A stretch of DNA of 64,000 nt from Camelus dromedarius (Eukaryota): positions 119,910,001 to 119,974,000 of the forward strand of contig NC_087437.1 of NCBI RefSeq assembly GCF_036321535.1, read 5' to 3'. Positions 11,154 to 23,240 of this stretch are shown here, piece by piece (the first letter of the stretch is position 1; each line of letters opens with the position of its first letter). The translations under genes and the position numbers were made by a program. The notes under the pieces are model-generated. The model was given only the letters and a program-made list of their open reading frames with translations, had not been told where the DNA came from and did not search any database.

Positions 11154-12947
11154 GTGAGACGGGAGTGCGCACAGGGCCTGCACGGCCGGCCGCACCGGCG
11201 AGAGGCCTTCGGGGCCAGAGCTCGTCCATCCCACCGAAAAGCCGGGCCGGGTCAGACGAGGGGCTCTGTCTTCGGGGAAACCATGCTTCTTGGAATGCAA
11301 AGTCCCGGAGGGAGTCACCCATGGTTGCGATGGTCCCCGCAGGATCACAGCCTCATGGCTGCTCACACCCCCTCGGAGCAGCGCCCCGGCCCCGCGGGGT
11401 CCCTGTCCTCCTCCTCTTCCCCAGGGCGACCTTGTTCGGAGGGAGGGCAGTGGAAGAGATGCCCCCTGGCACAGGGAAAGCCGCCACTCGGGACCCAGCC
11501 ACACGTGGCACCCGCAAGGAGCATCAGGAGATTGGCTCTGGCTCTAGGTTGCTGCTGGGATGGGTCCTGTGTTTGAGGGAGGGGCCAGTTCACGGCTCAG
11601 AGCTGGGGTGGAGGTTTTCCCAAAAGCCCCCAGAGTTGGTCTGGCCAAGTCAGGACCCCAGTGTGTGCAGAGCTGCGTCAGGCCCCCTGCCGCCTGAGAT
11701 CACTGCAGACCCCCACCGTGATGTCTGCGGCCCCTCAGGTGTGGCCTTCCCTCCATCCACCGTCCCCACCCCCCCTCCAAGGCCCCCAGTACAGCTGGAA
11801 CAGCCTCCCTGCTGCCCGGTGCTTTGTCCCCGTCTGGCCTTGGCCAGCATCCGCCTGACTCCAGGGCCCCCCTGACCCCCGTGCTGGTACCAAACCAAAC
11901 TTGGTCCGCTCACCTGAACACAGTGAAGCCAATCTGCTGCCCCGGGTTGTGGTGAAGGAAAGTGCCATGTTCACGGCAGCTGCCAAGCAAGGAGCCCAGG
12001 GCAGCTGGTGCTCAGAAAACCCCAACTACCCGATGGGTTTCAGCAAAGCATTTTTAAAGGCGAGGTGAGGGCGGGGCGTCCCAGGGTAAGTGATCAGCTC
12101 AGGCACAGTCCTTGATTGGTTGACGGTGAAGTCACAGGGCGGTGTCGCAGGGTTACTGTTACCCGTCCTCAGGCGTCAGTCAGTCTGGGGGCTGCATGCT
12201 CATGGCATCTCCCACCATGCCCCTGCCCCGCGGAACCTCCCGTGTCACCCTCGCCCCTCAACCTCCTTTGTGCACGAGACGCGGGACACGCTCTGCCGCT
12301 CCGTACAGGCTTACGGGTCGCTCAGCAATCCAGGCCGGCGACCGATTTCTCTAGTTGGATTCTTCTCCCAGAAAGTCAGACAGGTTCAGAAACTCTAAAC
12401 GTCTAAGAGCAAATGACGAAGAGATGGATGTAAGCGGAGGTGTCCCCTGGCCGAGTCGTCTCCCCGCCCCACGGCTGACAGGAGGCTAACGGGGCCTGAC
12501 CCCCTTCCCCTCATCCCCGGCCAGCTGCACGCCATCCCCATGGAGGCCCTGAGTCTCCAGGGCCCAGCAGGGCTGCTAGGACCCTCCAGGGCCCCTTCCT
12601 GTCCCCAGAAAGAACAGACCCACAAAAGAGGTGAAAGGGTGTGGACTCCACCCCCCATCCCCGGTGCCCCGGGGCTGCCCGTGGCGGCCAGCGTGGGCTC
12701 GCGGTCCACGTCCAGACGGTGTCAGGCCGGTGGGGCCTCCGGCTGCGGGGACAGTGGCTGGCGGTGCAGAGCCGTGTCTGGGACGCTCACACTGTGGTGT
12801 GTTGGCTCACAGAGGGTAGACCTCAGTGGCCTCACACATCTTAGCATCTTCAGTCCCAGGAAGCTCTTAAGCAGACAGGCGGTCACTCACACACTGTCTC
12901 CTGGAGCCTGACTTTGGCCTTTTTATCCTCCGTCCTGGTTCCTGCAG

Positions 12948-13017
12948 AAGGCTGACAGCCTGATGTCCGGGGACACCAAGTCGAGAGAGAAAAGCAGAGA
13001 TGTGAGAAAGAGTGAAG
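12948..13017 (+). CDS. PDE9A: PDE9A penultimate exon (KADSLMSGDTKSREKSRDVRKSE)
   Basis: Polypyrimidine tract + ctgcag| and G|gtaagg; 70 nt; similar to recalled human LQKKTDSLTSGATEKSRERSRDVKNSEG. The start could alternatively be 12951 (CAG AAG). Confidence 0.88.
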
Positions 13018-13499
13018 GTAAGGCTGTTCTGAACGATGTCTCAATGCTTACGTAATTCAGACCCAGATGGGGACGGCTCGGAAATCCTGAAAGAAGGAAG
13101 GAGGGAAGAGGGGGAAGGGACAGAACCTGAATGGCTGAATCTTCTTAAATAAGTGAAGCTTTGCTTCCTTGCGTGCTTATTAGAATTGGGCTCTGAAAGG
13201 CCTTAGGAAGCAGAGGAAGATCGTGATCACAGGTGCACCGCTTGCCAGGGAAAGCACTGTTTGAAAGCTTTTCAAAAATAAAGCTGCTGCTTTCGTCGCT
13301 GCAAGCCCTTCCGGTGCCCTTTGGGGACTGGCCGTTCAGTTAGTCCAGGCGGAAAGCAACCAGCCCCTCGGCCTCCGCGAGATGAGGCCAGCCACCCACG
13401 TGCCTGAGGATCGTTTGAGAGATTCTCAGAAAACATTCAAGGCGCGGGGCGTGAGGACTGGGTGTGGTTTTGGGGAGGAGCAGAGACAGCCACGGCGTC

Positions 13500-14150
13500 C
13501 GACAGTCCCTGCTGTGAGTCCGGGCTTTGCTAATCACAAGCTGCGTGATGTGCGCAGGCGTCTGAACCTCTCTGAGCCACAGCCCCCATCTCTAAACTAG
13601 AGGTGACAATCCCACTCCTCTTGTTGCTTGAGTTTTTTATTAACTTTTTTAATTGAACTGTAGTTGATTTACAATGTTAGTTTCAGGTGTACAGCAAAGC
13701 AATTCAGTTACATGCATACTTTTTTTTTCAGATTCTTTTCCATGATAGCTTATTACAAAAAATTGAATAGAGTTCCCCGTGCTGTACAGTAGGTCCTTGT
13801 TGTTTATCTATTTTATATATAGTAGTGTGTATCTATTAGTCCCAACCTCCTATTTTATCCCTCCCCACCTTTTCCCATTTGGTAACCATAGTTTGTTTTC
13901 TGTGTCCATGAGTCTATTTCTGGTTTGTAAATAAAATTTGTATCATTTTTTCAGATTCCACATATAACTGATATCATTTGATATTTGTCTTTCTCTGATG
14001 TACTTCACTGGATATGATAATCTCTAGGTCCATCTATGTTGCTGCAAAGGGCATTTTTTCATTCTTTTTTATCGCTGAGTAGCGTTCTGTTATATGTATA
14101 TATACCACATCTTCATCCAGTCATCCTGTTGTTTTAGTGATTAAACGAGC
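13500..14150. mobile_element. MIR SINE (+) split by a 5'-truncated L1 3' end (-, ~13645-14125) in the last PDE9A intron
   Basis: The MIR core (aacctctctgagccacag..catctctaaa) resumes as 'gtgattaaacgag' after an antisense L1 3'-UTR segment (tttaattgaactgtagttgatttacaatg...ataccacatcttc). Confidence 0.7.
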
Positions 14151-14258
14151 AGAGTTCTGGGACAGAAGACGTGCTCCTTGTCTATGTGTGATTTGTGGCA
14201 CTGCCTGCACATTTCCAGTCCCACAGACACAAATCAGCATTCTTTCTCCTTTTCCAAG

Positions 14259-14272
14259 CAGACTGTGCATGA
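14259..14272 (+). CDS. PDE9A: PDE9A last coding exon ((A)DCA-stop)
   Basis: ttctttctccttttccaag|CA GAC TGT GCA TGA; the human protein ends ...DCA* (recalled). The start could be 14262 (AAG CAG tandem acceptor). Confidence 0.88.
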
Positions 14273-14500
14273 AGAAAGCAGAGACCGGCAGGATGCTATC
14301 TGGACCCGACCAGCTGAGTTTTGCGGTATCCTCCGTGCAGGGAAGAGTTGGTTCTGAGCACCTGACATCACAAGATCACATTTTCTAAGAACCGTTTTGT
14401 TCACTGATACAGAAAAAAAAAAAAAGGACTTTACGATGCTGTACAGAATTTTTATTTTTAAGCTGTCTTTTAAATAATATATTCTTATACAGAAATGGGT
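14273..14500 (+). other. PDE9A: PDE9A 3' UTR with candidate non-canonical poly(A) signal AATATA (14476-14481)
   Basis: Follows the stop codon; the AT-rich block (ttctaagaacc...ttcactgatac A13 ...gctgtacagaattttt) resembles the recalled human PDE9A 3' UTR; U/GU-rich tract at ~14504-14530. The end position is approximate. Confidence 0.6.
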
Positions 14501-15597
14501 ACCGTACTTTTTCTTTAGTTGAGTTGTGCGTCCTGGGCTGCTTCTGATAAACCCCAGAAATCTCCCCTGGTTTTTGCGTGGAGACAAAGACACTGCTCTT
14601 CTCGCCGGCGTGTCTTAGAGCAGTGGCCCAGGGATGTGATGCTGGCCTCCCGTGTGTAATTCAGCGTTAAAACATCAGAGCAGTCCCCGGAGCGCAAGGA
14701 CGTGCATGCCCCGATTGTGAGCTGTGAGGGGGACATCAGCGGCGGTGCTGGGGACGTGGGGTCAGTCGGGCCACAGGCAACGCAAGCCCATGAAATCCAT
14801 GCGGGATACTGACGACCACAGGCTGGAGTCCTTTTCCAGGGGTGGGAAATCCACGTCTAAATCGGCAGATAGGAAAAGGACTGCGTTTACTCATCACGTT
14901 TCAGGGTCTCCATCTCAGGAGATGGACGAGGCGGTCCTTCTCTTCCTGCCTTTGTTTTGGGGACAGGCGTCGGGGATGTTCTGGGTGGCGCAGCACCCGC
15001 CAGGGAGACCCAGCCCCAGGCTGGTTCATGGTTGAGCTTTGTGAGGTTGCGCGCGACTCTCCTCTCGCCCTGAAGCCCTGCCCACGTGCGTCCAGGCTCC
15101 TCGGTGCGTCCCGGGGCTGTGGGCGCCGTCTCTGCTCTGCAACCTTACTTAAAGGCCGTCGACACATCTGAGATCTGTGGACCTTTCATTTGCACGTTGG
15201 CACGGTTTCCTTGGAGCATCTGTTCCCTCTTGGTGAATTCCAGAAGATTGCTCCCCATCTTTGAATAATTCATTTTTGAGCTGTGAAAATTTCCATCTCT
15301 TCTTGGATTCAGTTCACAGACAGGGGCCTTGGGTTCTGCTTCTCTTCTTGTTTCTCTCATTTTTCATTTTCATCCTGCTCAAACCAAGACATCCTGCAGC
15401 TTTGGCTGTAATACAACCCAAACCTAGTAGGCGCTGAGATATTGGTGCCCGGCAGCCTGCAGGTCGTCCTGTACAGACGACTCCCCCTCAGTGACAGTGC
15501 TTCCCAGAGGGACTGCCGTCTGCCGCGGTTCGCCGGTGCCTTCCTCCACACACTTCCTCCTCCCACACCTCGCACAACGATTATTGAACTAGCACTC

Positions 15598-16040
15598 ATG
15601 CACACATGCGCAAACACACTTATATGCACAGATACGCACGATCACACATAGACCCACACATATGTCCACACAGGCATACATGTGTCACGTGTGCATACAT
15701 TCGTGCAACCACAAATGTGTGACACACGTGTCCATGCACCATATACATGTACAATCACATGTGCTCAGGTGTCCACACATGCAATCACACACACATGTCC
15801 CCACACACAATGTTTATGTGCACGTGTACCCATGATCACGTGTACACACACACGTGCATGAACGTGTGATCGTGCTTGGCACGTGTCCACACATCCTTAC
15901 CTGTGCACACACATAATCACACCCACATGTCCACACACATACATGCACAGTCTCACGTGTACATGTGTGTATGCACCTGCACACACAGGCACGTACACAT
16001 GCCCTTGCACACACGCTCCTTCCTACACTAACACACTTCG
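15598..16040. repeat. degenerate (CA)n/CATG low-complexity tract
   Basis: ~440 bp of cacacatgtgcacac-type sequence downstream of PDE9A. Confidence 0.85.
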
Positions 16041-17451
16041 TCTGCATTCCCAGGTTTTGGTCATGCCAAGTCCTGGGACATTGAAGTCAACAAATGAGAG
16101 ACGTCCCAGCAGCGTCTGTGACAGTCTGGTCCTTGAGTCGCCAGCCTGGTTCCCTCTCATGGGATCCCTCAGCGCACCAGGCTCCCACAGAACACTTTCC
16201 CGAACCTTCTGCATCAAGAATGTTTCTATGCTGCAGGTGGTGCCCACCCCATTAGCTGAGCCCATGGGGGTGATGAGGCTGCGTCCTGACTCACCTCTCA
16301 CATGGGGCACGTCCCTCCCTTTAAGCTGCAGGGTAACTGCCAGCCAGCCTCCTGACAGGCCCAGAGCCCGCGGACTGGGGCCCCGACCGCCCGGCTCAGC
16401 CTGCACACCGGGACCTGCAAGCCCCCTGCCCCGGGCACCCGCACGTGCTGGCTAAGGGGAGGAGGGTGGGGAGGGAGAGGCGGCCACCGTCCAGCCTCAG
16501 GGTTAAGTCACAGTGAAGGATGAAGTGTGCTGAGCAGAGCCTCACGGCAGGAGACCCCGGCGGCACCTCCAGCAGACAGCACGTTGCCAGGAGGCCGTCC
16601 AGCAACCCAGCCACACCCGTCCCCTTGTGCTCGCACGGGGAGACAAGAAAGCACTGTCTTCTGTTGTTTTTCTCCCCAAGAACTTCTCCGAGCACTGATG
16701 GAACGCTGTGTGTCAAAGACTGGATCTGAGAAGCCACGACAAATCCTCCGTAAGCGTGGTCCTGGGTGCTCAGCTCTGCGAGGGCACTGCCCTGGGAACC
16801 AGCTCTGACCCACACATCTCTCCCCACTGTCAGAAAGGCAGTGCAGCTTCCAGTGGTTTCAGCTTTGACCTTGCAGCTGAGGAAGGGAGGAGAGCTGTGT
16901 CTGATGGTGTCCCTGTGGCCAAGCGCCCCCACCCCGCCGTCTCAGACCGCAGGCACCGGGACCCCTCCACCCACGTCACAGCCTTCGCTGGCTAGGCATC
17001 TGTAACTAAATCACACGGGAAAATCAGTTCACCATGAGCGTGGAACGGGCCCCAGACCCGTGAAGTACTTAAGGCGATAAATACGTCAGCGGGAACTGTC
17101 GGCTTCCAGGCTCCTCGGGGCGGGAAGCGCAGCTGCTCCGCGGGTTCCCGGGCCCGGAGCTGCCCACGGGGCGGCAACCCCAGAAGTGCCACACTCCATC
17201 CTCACTCCAAGGGCAGCCGGGGGGCTTCACTCTGTCTCCCTGCTCCTCACTGTTGCCACAGGGGAGTTTTTAAAATTCAAATTACTAGAATTTAACTGTA
17301 ACCTAAGGGGCAGACAAAATCATCGCCAGGTATATTGAGGTGCTTTTTCTCCATAAGTCACCGAGAAGGGCCAGCACAGGCGTTGGGAATTCGAGCCCCA
17401 CTGTGTCTTCAGGCAGGTTTCCCAGCTTCACCACTGGGCTTCTGACCCTGC

Positions 17452-17533
17452 CTGGGGGAGCTGGGGAGCCTCGGGGGAGCTGGGGAGCCGCGGGGGAGCT
17501 GGGGGAGCCTCAGGAGCTGGGGAGCGGGGGCCT
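17452..17533 (+). repeat. G-rich short tandem repeat (GGGGGAGCTGGGGAGCC-like, ~20-bp unit x4)
   Basis: Directly visible; at least 8 runs of 4 or more G. Confidence 0.75.
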
Positions 17534-17570
17534 CAGACAGGAGCCCAGCCTGGTGGGGGGTGGGTGCCCT

Positions 17571-17947
17571 TGTCATGGGCTGAATCATATGCCCCCAACT
17601 CACAAGTTGAAGTCCTCACCCCCCAGCGCCTCGGAATGTGACCGCATTTGGAGGTGGGATCTTCAAGGAGGTAATTCAGTTAAAATGAGGTCGTTGGGAG
17701 GGTCCTGGTCCACGATGGCTATGTCTGTATGAGAAGGGGAGCTGGGGACACAGATGTACGTGGAGGGACGACCACGAGGGACATAGGAAGAGACGGCCTG
17801 CACGGCCAGGATAGGGTCCTCAGGAGGGACCAGCCCTGCCACACCTGGGTGCCGGACGTCCAGCCTCCAGCCTGTGAGAGAGCAAAGGACTGTGGTTTGT
17901 GCCGCCTTGTCCGGGGCACTTGCTACAACTGCCCCAGGAAACCCATC
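17571..17947 (+). mobile_element. MaLR solo LTR (MLT1B-like)
   Basis: tgtcatgggctgaat...gttgaagtcctcacccccag..cctcggaatgtgacc.catttggag...ttaaaatgaggtc...cagcctccag.ctgtgagag. Confidence 0.75.
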
Positions 17948-20117
17948 CAGCCCTCATCACTGTGTCCCGGGCAGCAAACACGAAGCTGGTGCACAGTGGG
18001 TGCTCAAGACAGACTGGAGCCGGAGTTGCCCAGCCAACACTGGGACGGCCTGCAGGCTGGTAGCCACCCCTGCTCTCTCTGGGACGCTGCTGGTCCCGGA
18101 AAGATGGGCCCTTCTAGCACGTGGAGCCTCATTAAAGGCCTTCCCCCGGATGGAGGCATCGGTGCTGAGGGGCCCTGGGAGCTGGGATGGAGGCCTGAGG
18201 AGGCATCAGAACCTTCATCTCGCCCCAGGTGAGGCCTCGGGAAGGTTTCATCCCTTAGGACACATGGGACCCAAGTGGATGCGCTGAGAGGCAGCCCTTC
18301 GGAAGCACCCGGAAGTCACGGCCACGTCCACCCACGTCCACCAAGGCCTCCCACCCCAGGACTCGGCCGCAGCCAAGGCAAGCCCGAGGGCAGTCGTGAA
18401 CCCAAAACCAAACCTCGGCCCCAGCTCCTCAGCTGCAGAGGGCGAGTCAGGGCTCTGGCTGAAACACGGCAGTTCGGTGTGTGTTTGGAGGGGGCGCTGG
18501 GAGGTTCCTTCCTGCTCTTCCTGTGGTTTCCAAATTTTCCACAGAGACTGGTTTTACTCCTCTAAGTAGAATAAATAAATGTTATTTTATTTTTAAATGG
18601 GGCGTGGAAAGGGATGGCTCTCTGTCAAGGGAATTCCGGTGCCTGAGGTGGGAGATGGGGGTGAGGGGGCAATCTTCTCCTGCGCCCTCGAGTCCCCGCA
18701 CGCCAGCCCAGGGCCTCGCTCCCCCCACAGCTCTCCACGACCTGGACTCCGAATCCTGGCCCCGTCGACTCTGTCCCAGGCTCGCCTGGGGTTCAGGGCC
18801 CCAAACTGCGTGTCCTCAACTTTCACATTCATAAGGAGGAAAAAGCCCTTCCCCAGACTCTGTGCCTGCTCCTTCTTTTGAAGACACTCGGTGCCCTCCC
18901 GCCTGGCTAGTCCCTGCCCCAAAGCTGGGCCTTCCTTGTGACCTCGGACGAGCAGGGCAGGCCTGGCCTCTGCCCCAGGCACCACCCGGCCCCCTTCTTC
19001 CTGACCCGCTCCCGCCCATCCTGAAACGTGTCTTGGTGGCACTCTGGATGTCAGGTGCCTCAGAGCTCAGGGTCAGTGGGGAGGCCAGGGGAGAGGGCTG
19101 TGGAGAAGCCATGAGTTTGTGCACTGCCTGTGACCCACTGGTTACCCTGGGGACCCGCAGAAGGAGGCAGAAGTCACCTCCTGAAAGGCCAGTGGGCGTG
19201 AAGGGGAGGGGGGAGCCGTCCAGGCAGGCGGGCCGGCTGGGCTGGGAGCTGCAGCCTCCGCTGTGTGATTTCTGGAGGAGGCGGCCCCGAGTCCTGCTGG
19301 ATGATAAACACAGTGAGCCAGGCGGAGATCTGAGGGGACGGCATGACAGAGGGGACAGTGTGACAGAGGCCCCAAGGCCAGGAGGAGCCAGTGGGCTTGG
19401 CAGCCCAGGGGTGCGGGGAGATGGCCACCTGATGCGGCGGCGAGGTGGGGGCCGGGGCCACAGATGTGCAGGGGCGTGTGCGGATGGCCAGGCCTGGCCA
19501 GGAGTGCAGGCTGGAGGCCAGGGAGAGGTGGAGGTGGGGTCTGAGGGACCATTTAGGCAGCTGTCCAGCTGGACTTGGTGGTCAGTTGCGAGAACGAGGG
19601 GGTGGGAGGTCATGTCTGGCTGCGAGCACCACGGAGTGGACTCAGGTTGCCCAGGCCCGGCGGTCTGTCAGGCCTCCCAGCTCTGACACCGCCACAGGGG
19701 GCCCGACGCCGGGCCAGCCCCACGGGACAATCCAACTGCCCCGAAGTTGACCTGGGGAGCCTCGCATTGTGTAGAAGGCTCAGAGCCCAGCAAAAGGGTG
19801 TTCCCCGGACCCCACGCACCCTGGGGGCCACCCTGGTCACAGCTCAGACGTTTACCAATCGAAGGAATGAATTTGGGTTTGTGATCCCCAACCTGGAGAA
19901 TCACACAGAGGAGAAGTCATACTGCAAACTGCATGTGTGTGCGTGTGCATGTGCGTGTGTGCGTGTGTGTGCTTGGGGTGGGGACAGGGATGCTCTGCTC
20001 TCGCGGGTATGTGTACTTTTGTGGGTGTGTGTTTGCGCACATCTGTGAACAATCATGCATCTTTTACTCACCGAGCCTCATTCCCAGCTGAGAGAAGGGA
20101 CGTTCAAGAGTTGAAAA

Positions 20118-20945
20118 GATGTGCAAATCAAACCCACAATGAGGTACCGCATCACCCCCGTCAGAGTGGCCGTCATTCAAAAGTCCACAGACGATAGATG
20201 CTGGGGAGGCTGTGGGGAAAAGGGAGCCCTCCTGCCCTGCTGGTGGGGATGTAAACTGGTGCAGCCACTGTGGGGGACAGTACGGAGATCCCTTAAAAAA
20301 CTAAACATAGACTTACCTTAGGATCCAGCAATCCCACTCCTGGGCATCTATCTGGAGGAAACTGTAATTCAAAAAAGACACCTGCACCCCAGTGCTCACA
20401 GCAGCACTATTTACAACAGCCAAGACATGGAAGCAGCCTAATGTCCATCCACAGATGACCGGATAAAGAAGTTATGGTACAGAGTTTAGAATTAATATAC
20501 AATGAAATGTTACTCAGCCATAAAAAAGAATGAAATAATGCCATTTGCAGCAACATGGATGGACTTAGAGATTATCGTACTGCATGAAGTAAGTCAGACA
20601 GAGACAAATATCATATGATGTCACCCATATGTGGAATCTAAAAAAAGATACAAATGAATTTATTTACAAAACAGACTCACAGACATAGAAAACAACTCAT
20701 GGTTACCAAAGGGGAAAGGGATAGGAGGGGATAAACTGGGAGTTCAGGATTAGCAGGTGCACACTACTGTATAGAAAACAGATGAACGACAAGGTCCTAC
20801 CGTGTAGCACACGGAACTATAGTCAGTATCTTGTAATAACCTGCGATGGAAAAGAACACGAAGAGGAATATATGTGTGTGTATAACGAATCACGTGCTGT
20901 GCTGCAGAAACTCACACATATTGTAAATCAATACTTCAATAAAAG
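20118..20945 (+). mobile_element. LINE-1 3' end (ORF2 C-terminus + 3' UTR)
   Basis: Translated [22 protein letters not shown]...[12 protein letters not shown] resembles the L1 ORF2 C-terminal domain; ends tacttcaataaaa followed by an A-rich tail. Confidence 0.9.
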
Positions 20946-21821
20946 AAAGCAAGAATCCTCAAAAAAAAAAAAAAAAGATGAAAAGAGGGCAAGTATTCAG
21001 CCTCGGCACGGTTTTCAGACCTGGCGGTGAACGGGGTAGAAACAAGAACACTTGGGCTTCATTAAGGAACAAAGGGACAGGTGTGAGGGAGGGCGGCAGG
21101 GGAGGGCACGACCCTCGCGGGGCAGCGAGCTGTGCGTCTACACCTGCAGCATCCCACGCATGTTCATAGCAATGAGAATTCTGGACTAATTTCTGCTGTT
21201 TTCCTTAAAAGTAATTTTACAAAAAAATTCAAAATGTGTTGGACGTGCCAGTTTGAATGTAAGAGAAGCAGCTGGCCGGCGGCCGTGGCCGGCTGACCCG
21301 CCTGCCCGTTGTGCTGTGGGTGCCCAGAGGCATCTGCCCCCTCAGTGGCCCAGGTGTGTCCCACGGATGCTAATCGACCGGAAGCGGCGGCAGGCAGCGT
21401 AGCACAGCTCCTGCCGAGGTGGGAACGCCCGCTGGCCACACGAGCAAGACTGCCGGCCAGCCTGATGCACACACGGTGCCGGGCACAGTTTACTGACTGG
21501 GAAGGAACCAGGCAGCAGTGCTCAGCGGTTTCTGTATCTCCTGCTCCCCTCGGACAAGCTCATCCATCCTGAATGGAAACCCCTGGAGGATTCCAGAAGC
21601 CCAAGCCAGGCTCCTCTGACGGCAGCCCCTCCACTGACGTTCGGGTAAGGCTGCCCCTTCCCTCCTGCGCAGGGCCCGCGTCCACCATCAGGATGGGAGG
21701 TCGTCCGGAGCCCGCCCGCTCTGCGAACAACCTGGCAGGACTGGGTTTCTACCGTCCCAGGTTTCCCGGCTCACGGGTGCTGCGGGCTGCTCGCCTTCCG
21801 TACTAGTGTCCCAGGGCGGCC

Positions 21822-22240
21822 CTGGCGAAGTACCGCAAGCCTGCTGGCTTAAAACAGCAGGACTCCATTCCCTCTCGGGTCTGGGGCCAGCAGTCCAACA
21901 TCAAGATGCTGTCAGGGCCAGGCTCCCTCCGAAGACTCTAGGGGAGGATCCCTCCTGCCTCTTCCCAGTTCTGGGGCTCCAGCAGTCCTGTGTCCCTGGC
22001 CTGTGGCGACATCACCCCAATTTCTGCCTCCATGGTGACACGGCCTCCCCTGCCTCTGTGTCCGAATTTCCTTCTTCTGCTAAGACACCAGCCATGGGGT
22101 GAGGGCCCAGCCTGCTCCAGAGTGACCTTGCCTTGACTTACCACGTCCACACAGACCCTATTTCCAAATAAGGGCACACTCACAGGTACCAGCGGTTATG
22201 ATCTCTTTGAGGGGACGCAGTCCCACCCCTGACACCCTCA
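21822..22240 (-). mobile_element. MaLR solo LTR (MLT1C-like)
   Basis: ggcttaaaacagcag...catcaagatgctgtcagggcca.gctccctccgaagactctaggggaggatcc...ccctatttccaaataagg.cacactcacaggtacc. Confidence 0.75.
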
Positions 22241-22769
22241 CAGTCTTAGCTTTCCCATCTGTCAGTTTCCACCTCTTTGGGGGGTTGTGAGGATTCACTA
22301 TAATGGCACGTGCCCAGCGTCCCGCACGACGTCCAGCACTCGGCCCTCCACCACCGTCAGGGCCCTCAGGAGCCCACCTCCGTGCCCCAGTGGGCCAGGC
22401 GTCCCTGCAGGAGGCCAGCAGTGGCACGCGTCCCCTGCCCTGGGCGGGGGGGGTGGCTCTGTTTGGGGCTGTTTCCTCCTGGTCAGTCTTCCTCAGATGA
22501 GCCAGGATCTGACATAGGTGGGAGGCAGGTCCCCAAGAGCAAAGGAGAAAGGTGGACTTGGGTCCAAGCAGATGGAGGGACGGCCAGCGGGGCCTCTCTG
22601 CAAGGACTGGACACTGAGAGCAGAGTGACTCAGATGGGGAGGCCTGAGGACAGGACAGAGGACAAGGCTGCTCTGGACAGAAGAATCCAGGAAAACAAAT
22701 TGTGACCCCCTGCTTGGTCAAACTTAGACCTGAAATGTGGCCTTCAACCACTGGGGTATGGATGGAGAG

Positions 22770-23240
22770 TGTATCTGTTAGTTCTTGCCGGGTAACAAAT
22801 CACTCTAAACCTTAGTGACTTGAAACAATCATGTTCATTCCTTCCCAGGGCTCTGTGGGCCAACTGGGCAGGACTGTCAGTCTGGCCCCACTCGGCTGCA
22901 GCTGCTTGGTCTGAACAGCCTCAACCACGCATCTGGCAGGGTTTGGTGGCAGCTGGAGATGCAGCCGTGTATGTCCATCACCCTATGGCAGGTTAATAAA
23001 ATGTGGCTGGTTGATGTGGTGGGAAAGTGGTCCCAGCAGCAAGAACATGTAAGCCCCTCGGGGCCCATGCACTTTTCCCTGTCTCCTCAAGCACCACAGT
23101 GATCATGTCCCAGTGGCCACAGCAAGTCACTTGTTCAAGCCCAGATCTGAGGGGTGGAAAAACAGACCCCACTTCAGGACAAAGAATGAGAGCATGGACG
23201 TTTCTGCCGTCTACCGGCACGAGGACGCCGTGATGGAAAA
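22770..23240 (-). mobile_element. older MaLR LTR (MLT1F/G/H-like)
   Basis: gtaacaaatcactctaaaccttagtgacttgaaacaatcat...caagtcac..ttcaagcccagat..gaggggtggaaaaacagaccccactt. Confidence 0.6.

Noticed and set aside
2668..16040. TG-rich tract (2668-2957) and CA-rich tract (15598-16040) as a functional long-range inverted repeat
   Set aside because: The complementarity is generic to low-complexity CA/TG tracts, which are common here, and the second tract lies beyond the likely poly(A) site.
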